The position numbers and the translations under genes were made by a program. A stretch of 64,000 bases of DNA from an uncultured Rickettsiales bacterium (GTDB lineage: Bacteria > Pseudomonadota > Alphaproteobacteria > Rickettsiales > JALZUV01), in assembly GCA_964654855.1 (NCBI GenBank), contig CAZZJS010000001.1:299899-363898 (forward strand), in the 5' to 3' direction. The notes below the pieces were generated by a model. The model had not been told where the DNA came from and ran no database searches. It saw only the letters and a list, made by a program, of their open reading frames with translations. Every line of letters begins with the position of its first letter. Position 1 is the first letter of the stretch. Positions 25,532 to 36,861 of this stretch are shown piece by piece.

Positions 25532-26659
25532 ATGGAACAATTCTCAGGCAGTGAATGGCTGACAATCGAAGATTTTAAGCAGCTGCAACAAAACCCTCTG
25601 CCTGAATCTCGTGAATCAGTCGCTCGTAAAATCGGACATCACTTTGATCATACCTCGCAAGAAACGGTTGAGTATAAAATTGCTTGCGAGATTGCCTTTC
25701 ATTTACAAAAAGATAGTGAAACTATGGTGCGTGTCGCCTTGGCGGAGAGTATTCATCAGAGCGAACAAGCGCCAAAGCAGTTAATATTACTTCTGGCGAT
25801 GGATGATGAGGATGCTGTTGCCCTCCCAATCTTGAAGGAGTCACCGCAAATAGATGATCAGGATTTGATTGATCTATTGCCCAAAATTGACTTGCCGGAG
25901 CGCCTTATTGCAATTGCGGAACGTAAATTTATCACTGTGACAGTGAGTTCTATGTTGGCAGAACGTAACTTTGAAGACGTGGTCGTCTCTTTGCTGGCTA
26001 ATGATTCTGCTATTATTGATGATGAAGTGATTTTGCAAATTTCTCACAAGCATGCGCGTTCTAAGTCGATTTTGCAGCGTATGATGAAGCGTTTGCCTAT
26101 GCCAACCAAGGCTGTGAGTCACATGGTGACGGTGCAGCAATCGGGCGAGCAAGAGAACCGTCGACCTTCTGATATGCGTTCTTTTAGCTCATTAGATAAA
26201 GAAGAGCTGAAGAATGACCTGCTAACATTAATGTTCTTGGGGCGTGATCCTAGCGATGAAGCTTGCGAACAGATGGTCACGAAGCTTGAGGAGCAAAATA
26301 AAGTCAGTGCCACTTTTATGTTATTAGCGATGTGCTTGGGGCATGAACGTTTCTTTCTTGCTTATATGGCGCATAATACGCATTTACCACGTGAACGAGT
26401 GGAGGAGCTTTCTAATGTTGGGGAGCAAGAATTTTCATTGCTCATGAATAAATCGAGCGTTTCGCCGAGCCTCTATCCTTTAATGTATCATGTCTATGAA
26501 GGAATGGAAAAATGCCTGCAAGGATCTTCACAGGCTGGAACAAAAGAGTTTGCGGATGAAATGATCCAATGTCTGATTGCAGCTGAAAGCAAGGGTATTA
26601 ACTTTGCAACTACTGTTGGTAAGCCGCTGGCAAAAGCACTCAAAGAAACCTTTGCTTAG
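25532..26659 (+). CDS. DUF2336-like helical-repeat protein
   Basis: 375 aa. Its repetitive helical character and N-terminal region are reminiscent of alphaproteobacterial DUF2336 proteins. Assigned from memory of the family only. Confidence 0.45.
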   Translation: MEQFSGSEWLTIEDFKQLQQNPLPESRESVARKIGHHFDHTSQETVEYKIACEIAFHLQKDSETMVRVALAESIHQSEQAPKQLILLLAMDDEDAVALPILKESPQIDDQDLIDLLPKIDLPERLIAIAERKFITVTVSSMLAERNFEDVVVSLLANDSAIIDDEVILQISHKHARSKSILQRMMKRLPMPTKAVSHMVTVQQSGEQENRRPSDMRSFSSLDKEELKNDLLTLMFLGRDPSDEACEQMVTKLEEQNKVSATFMLLAMCLGHERFFLAYMAHNTHLPRERVEELSNVGEQEFSLLMNKSSVSPSLYPLMYHVYEGMEKCLQGSSQAGTKEFADEMIQCLIAAESKGINFATTVGKPLAKALKETFA

Positions 26660-26661
26660 GT

Positions 26662-26868
26662 TTAAGCAATAATATCGGGATAGAGTTCTTCTTCGATGGA
26701 AGAGATCATGTCGCGTAGAGCGAGTTTCTCTTTCTTCAGGCGCATTAACTGAAGCTGATCCGAAAACTGACTTTCACCCAGCTGGTCAATCGTTTGATCC
26801 AACGCGCGGTGTTTTTCACGTAAGGTGAAAAGTTTCTTCTCTAGGTTTACGGTATCTTCGTGCATCAT
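26662..26868 (-). CDS. DUF465 (YdcH-like) small protein
   Basis: 68 aa. LREKHRALDQTIDQL...LQLMRLKKEKLALRDMI is the DUF465 pattern. Confidence 0.7.
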   Translation of the reverse strand: MMHEDTVNLEKKLFTLREKHRALDQTIDQLGESQFSDQLQLMRLKKEKLALRDMISSIEEELYPDIIA

Positions 26869-26909
26869 AGCCGCGCTACTATAGCAAAAAAACGCGACAA
26901 TTCCCAGCG

Positions 26910-27482
26910 CTAATCTTCGCTTCTCCAGCGAGAGACTTTTCCTGTATCAATATCGAACAGTTCCAAGCAGCGGCTGACCGTTTGATTGACGAGGTCATTA
27001 ATTGATTCCGGTTTATGGTAATAAGCGGGAACGGGAGGGTAAATAATCCCACCCGCTTGTGTGACGCGTTGCATATTATCGATATGGATGCTGGTCAGTG
27101 GCGTTTCGCGCGCCATAAGCACTAAGCGGCGGCGTTCTTTCAAAATCACATCGGCGGAGCGGCTCATTAAGCTGCTGGTGACCCCCGTGGCAATTTCTGC
27201 CAAACTACGCATAGAGCAGGGGGCAATCAGCATACCGAGAGTTTGATAGGAGCCGCTGGAGATGCAGGCAGCGATATCTTTGTACGGGTGAACCACATCT
27301 GCGAGAGCTTTAATTTGATCGAGCGAGTAGTCGGTTTCTTCGGCTATCGTAATGCCAGCTGCTGGCGAGATGATTAAATGTGTCTCTAAGTCGAGCGGTT
27401 TTAGGAGCTCTAAGGCGCGAATTCCGTAGATGGCTCCGCTAGCGCCGCTAATGCCAATAATGATGCGTTTTTGTAACTCCAT
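26910..27482 (-). CDS. ubiX: Flavin prenyltransferase UbiX
   Basis: IIGISGASGAIYGIR, APCSMRSLAEIATG, RERRRLVL-like block. Confidence 0.9.
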   Translation of the reverse strand: MELQKRIIIGISGASGAIYGIRALELLKPLDLETHLIISPAAGITIAEETDYSLDQIKALADVVHPYKDIAACISSGSYQTLGMLIAPCSMRSLAEIATGVTSSLMSRSADVILKERRRLVLMARETPLTSIHIDNMQRVTQAGGIIYPPVPAYYHKPESINDLVNQTVSRCLELFDIDTGKVSRWRSED

Positions 27483-27653
27483 GATGCGCTTGGCTATAAA
27501 GTGAAAAGGCGGTTACGCAAAGATAAAATTTAATCTTGACCGAAGAAAAATATTGACCATATTCTCAAGTTTTGTTTTATTAGGTGCAAGCAGCAAGCAG
27601 GTTGCAAAATGAAGTGTAAGATAACACTAACATTAAAACAGAAGAGGGCAGTT

Positions 27654-27830
27654 ATGAGTATCACAGGACATATGGAAAACTTGGAACGCAAGCACGCCGT
27701 ACTTGAGAATTTGATCGATCTTGAAGTCGGACGACCACTACCGGATTTTGTAAAAATTACTCAAATGAAGAAGCAAAAACTTCGTATTAAAGAGCAGCTT
27801 CGCCAGTATCAGCCTAACGAAGTTGCTTAA
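27654..27830 (+). CDS. DUF465 (YdcH-like) small protein, second copy
   Basis: MSITGHMENLERKHAVLENLI...ITQMKKQKLRIKEQL. Start taken at ATG 27654 rather than the track's 27609. Confidence 0.65.
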   Translation: MSITGHMENLERKHAVLENLIDLEVGRPLPDFVKITQMKKQKLRIKEQLRQYQPNEVA

Positions 27831-27856
27831 GCAAAAGCAAATACTATCCTAAATGC

Positions 27857-27894
27857 AAAAAGGGCGGAAAGTGAAAACTCTCCGCCCTTTTTTT
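27857..27894. terminator. Bidirectional intrinsic terminator
   Basis: AAAAA-GGGCGGA (27862-27868), 12-nt loop, TCCGCCC (27881-27887), TTTTTTT. Lies between convergent genes. Confidence 0.75.
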
Positions 27895-27911
27895 ACCGCT
27901 AAGTTGCTTGA

Positions 27912-28187
27912 TTAAGCTGCTTCTTCAACTTCATCTAATTCCGGCAGCATGCCGAGTGCGCGCATGTAGGTATCAAGAATCATTTCTTGTTCGTGGCGGT
28001 CTGCTACTTCCATTTTGCGTAGGCTTACGATTTTGCGAAGTGCTTTTACGTCATACCCGTTGCCTTTAGCTTCGGCGAAAATTTCTTTAATATCGTCGGC
28101 GATGCCTTTCTTTTCTTCTTCTAGGCGCTCAATACGATCGATGATGCTGCGCAGTTGATCGCCAGCAATTCCCCCAACATTTACCAT
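27912..28187 (-). CDS. gapR: DUF2312/UPF0335 protein (GapR-family nucleoid-associated protein)
   Basis: 91 aa. [49 protein letters not shown]. Confidence 0.75.
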   Translation of the reverse strand: MVNVGGIAGDQLRSIIDRIERLEEEKKGIADDIKEIFAEAKGNGYDVKALRKIVSLRKMEVADRHEQEMILDTYMRALGMLPELDEVEEAA

Positions 28188-28314
28188 TTTATTCTCCTTT
28201 TTCGGTTTTGGACGAGCATTTATAGGAGAAAATACTTGCGATGGGAAGCATTATCCCTTACTCACGGCGCTTAATTATGCTAATATACCTACTCCTTGAA
28301 AGGGGGTAAGAGTT

Positions 28315-28509
28315 TTGATCGAAGTAACCGTACGTGACAATAACGTTGAGCAGGCAATGCGTGTGCTCAAGAAAAAGATGCAACGTGAAGGCGTTTTTCG
28401 CGAAATGAAAAAACGTCGTCATTATGAAAAACCATCTGAAGTTCGTGTTCGCAAGGCAGCTGAATCTGTGCGCCGTGCACGTAAGATGTCTCGCAAAGGC
28501 AACGATTAA
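28315..28509 (+). CDS. rpsU: 30S ribosomal protein S21
   Basis: TTG start. [41 protein letters not shown]. Confidence 0.9.
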   Translation: MIEVTVRDNNVEQAMRVLKKKMQREGVFREMKKRRHYEKPSEVRVRKAAESVRRARKMSRKGND

Positions 28510-28565
28510 GATTCCCCTTTAGGAATTGTAAAAGAACCACTGATAAAGCGTTTTAGATTTTCTTG

Positions 28566-28591
28566 AACCGCTTTTCGGTGGTTTCTTTTTT
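28566..28591 (+). terminator. Possible intrinsic terminator after rpsU
   Basis: AACCGC-ttttcg-GTGGTT (6 bp including one G-U pair) followed by tcTTTTTT. Confidence 0.45.
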
Positions 28592-28646
28592 GACATTTTA
28601 TTAAAAAAAACTAATCTCTGTTTTTAATGTTAAGGGCTTAGAAAGC

Positions 28647-29132
28647 ATGGCAGGAAAAGTAAGTATCGTAATGGGTAGTCAGTCTGATTGGCCGACTATG
28701 AAGCATGCGGAAGATATTCTCACAGCATTAGGGGTTGAAGTGGAAACGAAGATTGTTTCTGCACACCGTACGCCTGATCGTATGGTTTCGTTTGCGAAGT
28801 CCGCTAAAGAAAATGGTACGCATGTGATTATTGCGGGGGCAGGCGGAGCTGCCCACCTACCAGGGATGATTGCCGCAATGACGATGCTTCCCGTGCTAGG
28901 AGTTCCGGTTAAGAGTAAAGCGCTTAAAGGTATGGATAGCTTGCTTTCGATTGCACAAATGCCCGGTGGAGTTCCTGTGGGAACTCTCGCAATTGGCGAT
29001 GCAGGGGCTAAGAATTCAGGTATTTTGGCAGCGTCTATTATCGCATTGCATGACGAAACCGTAGCGCAAAAGCTTGCAGCGTATCGCCAAGCACAGACCG
29101 ATTCGGTCGCAGAGGAGCCAACGAATGGCTAA
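28647..29132 (+). CDS. purE: N5-carboxyaminoimidazole ribonucleotide mutase
   Basis: [30 protein letters not shown]. Confidence 0.9.
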   Translation: MAGKVSIVMGSQSDWPTMKHAEDILTALGVEVETKIVSAHRTPDRMVSFAKSAKENGTHVIIAGAGGAAHLPGMIAAMTMLPVLGVPVKSKALKGMDSLLSIAQMPGGVPVGTLAIGDAGAKNSGILAASIIALHDETVAQKLAAYRQAQTDSVAEEPTNG

Positions 29133-30204
29133 AGATCAAGCAGTTATCCCACCAGGTAGTACGATTGGCATTTTTGGCGGCGGACAGTTGGGCCGTATGT
29201 TGGTCAATGCAGCTTCTAGGCTCGGTTATAAAACGCATGTTTATTGTCCTGAGAAGGATTCTCCTGCTTTTGAAGTGGCGACTGATTACACCGTCGCACC
29301 ATACGAAAATACGATAGCATTGAAGGATTTTCTTACGAAGGTAGATGTCGTCACATTTGAATTTGAAAATATCCCGAGTGATAGTCTGAAGCTTTTGGAA
29401 GACACGCTTCCCGTACGCCCATCGCCTGATTTGCTTCAAATTTCACAAAACCGCTTGCGTGAGAAAAACTTTATCAATGCGCATGAAATCCCAACGACGA
29501 ATTACCACCGAGTGACTTCAGCCGACGAACTTGATCGTGCCGTTGAGCGTGTGGGTTTGCCTGCGATTCTAAAAACAACCGAACTTGGTTATGATGGTAA
29601 GGGGCAGGTACGTATTAAAAATGCAGAAGATGCACAAGATGCTTGGGAGAATCTTGGTGAAGTCGAGTGTGTGTTAGAGGCGGTCGTTGATTTTGAATTA
29701 GAGGTTTCGGTCATTGTTGCTCGTGGTTTAAACGGCCAGCAGGCCAGTTTTAGCCCAGTGGAGAATATCCATAAAAACCATATTTTAGATAAGACGATCG
29801 CGCCGGCGAATCTTTCACAATCTCTCTCTAAAAAGGCACAGAAATACGCTCTCACTTTAGCGAAAGCAGCTGATCTTCGTGGTTTGCTTGCTGTTGAAAT
29901 GTTTGTGACGAAACAAGGCGAAGTACTCATTAACGAGCTTGCGCCGCGTCCGCATAATTCCGGCCATTGGACGATGGATGCTTGTGTGACCAGCCAGTTT
30001 GAACAGCAAATTCGTGCAGTCTGTAATTTGCCGCTTGGTGGAACGGAGCGTATTTGCGATGCGGTGATGCATAACCTAATTGGTGATCAGGTGAATGATT
30101 GGCAAGATCACATCAAAAACCCACACGCCAAAGTGCATCTCTATGGCAAGAAAGAAGCCCGCCCTGGCCGTAAAATGGGCCATGTGACGATTCTAAAGGC
30201 TTAG
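29125..30204 (+). CDS. purK: N5-carboxyaminoimidazole ribonucleotide synthase
   Basis: [15 protein letters not shown]-grasp body (GYDGKGQ), [12 protein letters not shown]. Start at ATG 29125, overlapping the purE stop. Confidence 0.9.
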   Translation: MAKDQAVIPPGSTIGIFGGGQLGRMLVNAASRLGYKTHVYCPEKDSPAFEVATDYTVAPYENTIALKDFLTKVDVVTFEFENIPSDSLKLLEDTLPVRPSPDLLQISQNRLREKNFINAHEIPTTNYHRVTSADELDRAVERVGLPAILKTTELGYDGKGQVRIKNAEDAQDAWENLGEVECVLEAVVDFELEVSVIVARGLNGQQASFSPVENIHKNHILDKTIAPANLSQSLSKKAQKYALTLAKAADLRGLLAVEMFVTKQGEVLINELAPRPHNSGHWTMDACVTSQFEQQIRAVCNLPLGGTERICDAVMHNLIGDQVNDWQDHIKNPHAKVHLYGKKEARPGRKMGHVTILKA

Positions 30205-30222
30205 AGTTTATTTAGAAAAATA

Positions 30223-30299
30223 TGGTGGGCGGTAAGGAATTCGAATCCCCGACCTCGTCGATGTCAACGACGCGCTCTAACCAGCTGAGCTAACCGCCC
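30223..30299 (-). tRNA. tRNA-Val (anticodon GAC)
   Basis: Reverse complement: GGGCGGT-TA-GCTC-AGCTGGTTA-GAGC-G-CGTCG-TTGACAT-CGACG-AGGTC-GGGGA-TTCGAAT-TCCTT-ACCGCCC-A-CCA. Full cloverleaf with encoded CCA. The T-stem has two G-T pairs. Confidence 0.9.
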
Positions 30300-30518
30300 G
30301 CACCAAAAGATGTGCCGCACTATATCCAAACCTTTTAACTTGGCAAGCGCTGTCACACAATTGTCATATAAGTTTCCTGTCTATTAGGCGCTCTATCCCT
30401 TATAGTTTGTGGGTATTTTTTGCGCTTATTTATTTCTTAACGCTTCAGTCATTGTGAACTCCTTATATAGCCTTAGCGCATGCTATGGAGTGAAAAGGCT
30501 GAATAAAATCAAAACAGA

Positions 30519-32940
<2,422 letters not shown>

Positions 32941-32941
<1 letters not shown>

Positions 32942-33495
32942 TGGATAATAAAATTCTAGCATTTATTGCTTTGCTTGTTGCTATCTATACGGCTTTTTCT
33001 TTGGCTACAACGGCATTATTTTTTATATTTTTAGACGTAAGAGGAGTGGCGAGATTCTTTGAATTTACTGATTTTCTTGATTTTAATCTGGTTGCAAACA
33101 TATTTGCGTTAGGTTTCTTGACCATTTGCTACTCCGCTATTTTCTTTCGAGTTATTATGAGGGATAAACCGAAAGATAAAGCGGGAGCTATTATCACTAA
33201 TGTAATTGTTGGGTGTTTCGTTATAGCTTTATATGCATATACCTTTCCGAAGGCTACTGCTGATGAAATAAATAAAAAAATATTCAACAACACAGGTAGC
33301 GAAAAAGTTTATTTTACAGAAAAAGAAGAAAACTGGAAGTGCAGCTACCATATTGCGTCAATTGGTAAAGGGGTCATCGTTTACGATGGTAAAGTTGTAG
33401 AGCTCTATCCTTGGAATCAAATTCATAAAGTGACAAACGAAAGTTGCGAAATTGAAAGATTTAATTCTAAGGAAGGAGATGGTTCGTCATCGTGA
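32941..33495 (+). CDS. AT-rich orphan membrane protein (184 aa) with soluble C-terminal domain
   Basis: Three to four hydrophobic segments (ILAFIALLVAIYTAF, IFALGFLTICYSAIFF, VIVGCFVIALYAY). Its ATG overlaps the thiC TGA (TGATG). No recognisable family. Confidence 0.45.
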
Positions 33496-33621
33496 GTTTG
33501 CAGTCAAAAACTATTTATCTACAGTCAGCATAAAATATACTCCATTCCTACCCATATTGAAAAATCGCTTCACGTTCCCTATGTAACCTATGGTATAAGA
33601 GTGTAACGGGAGAGGAATGAT

Positions 33622-34071
33622 ATGATGAAATTATCGGTGACTATGTTGGCAGGGGCGGCAGTGTTGGCGCTTGGTGCGTGCAATACGTTGGATCATGATA
33701 CGAGCGATGCGGGAGTTTACTCCAAGCAGCAAATGAAAGAGCGTAAGGCTGCTAAATCAGCGGAAGTGATTCGTAAGAAGGAACATACGCACCCTGATGG
33801 TACTGTGCATATTCATAAAGGCGGTAAGCAGCCGCATGTTCACGATGGCAGTACGATTAATATGTATGACCAAGAAGGCGTGTTCTTTGAGAGCGATAAT
33901 GATTATGCCCGTGAATCAACTTTGAATGATCTATCTGAAGATGATGCAGAGATTATTCAATGGCGCAAAGAGCATAGAATGATGAAGAAAATGGAAGCAA
34001 AGCAACAGCAGGTGAAGCCGAAACATCATGATTCTGGTTTGATCCGAGTGCCGCTACCTGGAACGCAGTAG
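33622..34071 (+). CDS. His-rich putative lipoprotein
   Basis: Lipobox in LAGAAVLALGAC. His cluster EHTHPDGTVHIHKGGKQPHVHDG. Confidence 0.55.
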   Translation: MMKLSVTMLAGAAVLALGACNTLDHDTSDAGVYSKQQMKERKAAKSAEVIRKKEHTHPDGTVHIHKGGKQPHVHDGSTINMYDQEGVFFESDNDYARESTLNDLSEDDAEIIQWRKEHRMMKKMEAKQQQVKPKHHDSGLIRVPLPGTQ

Positions 34072-34074
34072 AGC

Positions 34075-34812
34075 TTACTTGCTTTTGACTGCGAGCATTG
34101 CGCTAAGGGGCAATGAGGCTAAATAGAGAATTCCTAAGATAGAGAGAATCAACCAAGTCTCGATAATTAACCCGAGGATTAACCCGACGGAAGCTAGCAT
34201 AATCGGTAATACCCATTTGGTAGGCACGCTATAACCTTTGAGGGTAAATGTCGGCAAACGGCTGGACATAAGTAATGCGATACAAGGTAAATAGATGGCC
34301 ATGAGTGTTGCTTTATCAATTTGCAAGAATGTCTCGTCAAACTGAAGTGTGAGAATAAGCGGTAAAATTGCGAGTAAGGCGCCCATCGGTGCGGGAACTC
34401 CGGTGAAATAATGCTTCTGCCATTCTTCCTTTTCTTCCTCCATAAGCGAGGTGTTGAAACGGGCAAGTCTAAGCGCGCAGCAGACGGTATAGAATAACGC
34501 AATCGCCCAACCGAATCGTTTAATATCCTGCAATGCCCATAGGTGAAGCACCACGGCAGGTGCTACGCCGAAACAAACAATATCGGATAGAGAGTCCATC
34601 TGTGCGCCAAAATCCGACGTGGCTTTGAGCATGCGTGCGACGCGGCCATCAATGCCATCTAAGAAGGCAGCTAGCACCATAAAGGTGGCTACTAGCTCCC
34701 AATTGCCAAGCAAGGCGTAGCGAATAGAGGTCATCCCGCAGCAAAGCGCGCCAATGGTAATGAGATTCGGCACAAGTCGTGCGATAGGGAGTTTACGATT
34801 TCGTTGGTTCAT
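34075..34812 (-). CDS. pssA: CDP-diacylglycerol--serine O-phosphatidyltransferase
   Basis: CDP-alcohol phosphatidyltransferase motif DGIDGRVARMLKATSDFGAQMDSLSD. Multi-TM. Confidence 0.85.
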   Translation of the reverse strand: MNQRNRKLPIARLVPNLITIGALCCGMTSIRYALLGNWELVATFMVLAAFLDGIDGRVARMLKATSDFGAQMDSLSDIVCFGVAPAVVLHLWALQDIKRFGWAIALFYTVCCALRLARFNTSLMEEEKEEWQKHYFTGVPAPMGALLAILPLILTLQFDETFLQIDKATLMAIYLPCIALLMSSRLPTFTLKGYSVPTKWVLPIMLASVGLILGLIIETWLILSILGILYLASLPLSAMLAVKSK

Positions 34813-35794
34813 AATCGAGCTTATACTCTATATCGGTCTTATCCGAAAGGCTTGGATGTAGGGCGCGCGTTGGCTGACTAATCATGTCGTAATTGATGAA
34901 AGAGAGTAGCATTTGAAAGCCTACGATGGTGGGGAGGGCGCAAAGCATGATAGTTCCTGCAGTGGCGGGCTTGTCAGTAGAGCTACTCTCTAGGATAATA
35001 TCAAAGCCCATATAAAGACCAAATATCAGTAAGGTAAGGCTGAATACGAGTTCAAGAGAGGCGATAGAGAAGCCGCGGATAAAGTAGTTATAGGCAATGC
35101 GTCGCCAGCTATTGCGCAGGCTTTTGCTTAAAAATTCACCCGCCACTTCACGCAGATGCAGGTTGCTGGTTTCTTCCCCGTAAAAGGCTTTCATCGGTAC
35201 ATCGGCAACGACAGCGCGTAAAGTATTGAGGCGAAATAGGATATCTGTTTCAAAGAAATAACGATCTGCAATTTTAGGTAAAGGCAAACGAGAAGCGATC
35301 TTCGCATGCAGCGCGGTGAAGCCATTGGCAGGGTCAAACATTTGCCAATAACCCGTGGAAAGTTTCGAAAGTAGAGAATGTGCCGCATTTCCGAGTAAAC
35401 GTTTTATTGGCATGTTTTCTAAGCCTTCTGGCTGATAGAAACGATTGCCTTTAACATAGTCCGCTTCGCCTTGTGCGATGGGGGCGATAAGTTCGGGAAT
35501 AAGTGCTGGTTCCATTTGTCCGTCACCATCGACTTTGACGAGGATCTCAGCACCAAGCTCCAATGCGAAGGCATAGCCGGTTTTGACAGCGGCGCCAACT
35601 CCGCCATTTTTCTCGTGAAACAGCACAGTCACGCGTGAATCTTTACATTCTGCTTTCACTTTCTCGCCTGATTTTTCTGGGCATGCATCATCCACCACGA
35701 TAATGTGATGCACCTCGTTACCGAATTTTGCGAGTAGTGGTAATATTTGCCCGGCTACTTTGTAGCAAGGGAGGATCGCAGCGACTTTGGTCAT
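34793..35794 (-). CDS. Family 2 glycosyltransferase with C-terminal TM region (polyprenyl-phosphate sugar synthase-like, ArnC/GtrB/DPM1 architecture)
   Basis: AAILPCYKV, IIVVDDACPEKSG, VDGDGQ (DxD). Two C-terminal TM helices: LVFSLTLLIFGLYMGF and IMLCALPTIVGFQMLL. Confidence 0.8.
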   Translation of the reverse strand: MTKVAAILPCYKVAGQILPLLAKFGNEVHHIIVVDDACPEKSGEKVKAECKDSRVTVLFHEKNGGVGAAVKTGYAFALELGAEILVKVDGDGQMEPALIPELIAPIAQGEADYVKGNRFYQPEGLENMPIKRLLGNAAHSLLSKLSTGYWQMFDPANGFTALHAKIASRLPLPKIADRYFFETDILFRLNTLRAVVADVPMKAFYGEETSNLHLREVAGEFLSKSLRNSWRRIAYNYFIRGFSIASLELVFSLTLLIFGLYMGFDIILESSSTDKPATAGTIMLCALPTIVGFQMLLSFINYDMISQPTRALHPSLSDKTDIEYKLDYEPTKS

Positions 35795-36162
35795 ACGGCT
35801 TTAATCTCCGTCGCAATAAGTGCGATTCCAGCTAGCATGCATAGCACGCCGAGCCAGTAGCGCAATGAAAGAGATTCTTGCAAGAAATAGGCGCTCACGA
35901 GTGGAATGGTGAGCAGTAAAAGTGCCGACATAATAGGGAAAATACGGCTGAGATCGATATGTTTGAGAAGCCATACCCAAGTGAGCATTGCTGCAAAATA
36001 GGCGATGCCTGCGACCCAAAGCTGCCAATTGAGAAAGAGAGATTGTCCAAAGCTAGAGGCAGATTCGGTTGAAAGAGTGCTTGCCGATTTCTTAAAGTAA
36101 ACCTGCCCAATCAGAACGAGCACAAGATAGGCTCCACTGATGCTGACAAGTTGTAAGCTCAT
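35791..36162 (-). CDS. Small 4-TM EamA/SMR-like membrane protein (ArnE/ArnF-like candidate flippase subunit)
   Basis: 123 aa with four hydrophobic helices and an EamA-like C-terminus (LQESLSLRYWLGVLCMLAGIALI). ATGA overlap with the GT2 gene. Confidence 0.6.
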   Translation of the reverse strand: MSLQLVSISGAYLVLVLIGQVYFKKSASTLSTESASSFGQSLFLNWQLWVAGIAYFAAMLTWVWLLKHIDLSRIFPIMSALLLLTIPLVSAYFLQESLSLRYWLGVLCMLAGIALIATEIKAV

Positions 36163-36165
36163 GGT

Positions 36166-36858
36166 TTAGAGTTCCGCTAACACAGTTTCAGCGCCAATAC
36201 TACGTTGACCTTCGCGCACTTTAATCTTTGCGCCTTTTGGCAAAAAGACATCTACACGGCTACCAAAGCGGATAAGGCCGAAACGTTGACCCGTCTGAAC
36301 TTCATCCCCAAGTTTGATATCGCATAGAATACGGCGAGCCACAAAACCTGCAATTTGTACAAAGCCGACTTTGCCTTTTTTATTTTCTACTGTCAGTAAT
36401 TGGCGCTCATTCTCTTCGCTGGCTTTATCCAGTTCAGCATTAAGGAATGAGCCCTTAATATACTCTTCTGCGATGATTTTACCGGCAATTGGCACGCGAT
36501 TAATATGCACGTCAAAGATATTGAGGAAGATACTGATACGGGTGTGTGGAGCGTCGCCAAGTTCCAACTCTGCTGGAGGCGTTACCCCTTCAGCAACCAT
36601 CTGTACTAAGCCATCACCGGGACTAACCACGATGTTATCACCTTCTGGCGGGAAGCGCTCTGGATCACGGAAAAAATACAAACAATAGATTGCAAGCGCG
36701 ACACCAACCCATGCGAATTCATCCCAGATAAACCAGCTGAGCAATAAGCCGCCAACCGCCGCATAAAGCGCGAAGCGTTTTCCTTCTGGGTGAATGGGAG
36801 TTAGGCCGTTTTTAATAGAAGTATAGATATCTTCAAGGTGATTGCGGTTATCTGACAT
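36166..36858 (-). CDS. psd: Phosphatidylserine decarboxylase proenzyme
   Basis: FFRDPER and LIRFGSRVDVFLP (self-cleavage G-S motif). 230-aa alpha-type Psd. Confidence 0.9.
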   Translation of the reverse strand: MSDNRNHLEDIYTSIKNGLTPIHPEGKRFALYAAVGGLLLSWFIWDEFAWVGVALAIYCLYFFRDPERFPPEGDNIVVSPGDGLVQMVAEGVTPPAELELGDAPHTRISIFLNIFDVHINRVPIAGKIIAEEYIKGSFLNAELDKASEENERQLLTVENKKGKVGFVQIAGFVARRILCDIKLGDEVQTGQRFGLIRFGSRVDVFLPKGAKIKVREGQRSIGAETVLAEL

Positions 36859-36861
36859 TTC

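Noticed and set aside
2118-30363. Recurrent ATTGTCA(Y)A motif upstream of accessory genes, at about 2118, 13785, 14225 and 30356
   Set aside because: A 7-mer is expected about 8 times by chance on both strands of 64 kb. Orientation and distance to the genes are inconsistent. Two of the four hits are just the duplicated cassette.
30470-30518. GGAGTG-aaaa-GGCTGAA upstream of the 137-aa orphan, vaguely like the GGGGUGC...GGCUGAGA 5' half of a TPP riboswitch. I considered it as a possible decayed remnant.
   Set aside because: The spacing is wrong (4 nt versus about 10-15 nt). CUGAGA is not intact, and no ACCUGAUCUGG/GCGUAGGGA 3' half follows. This is too weak to call.
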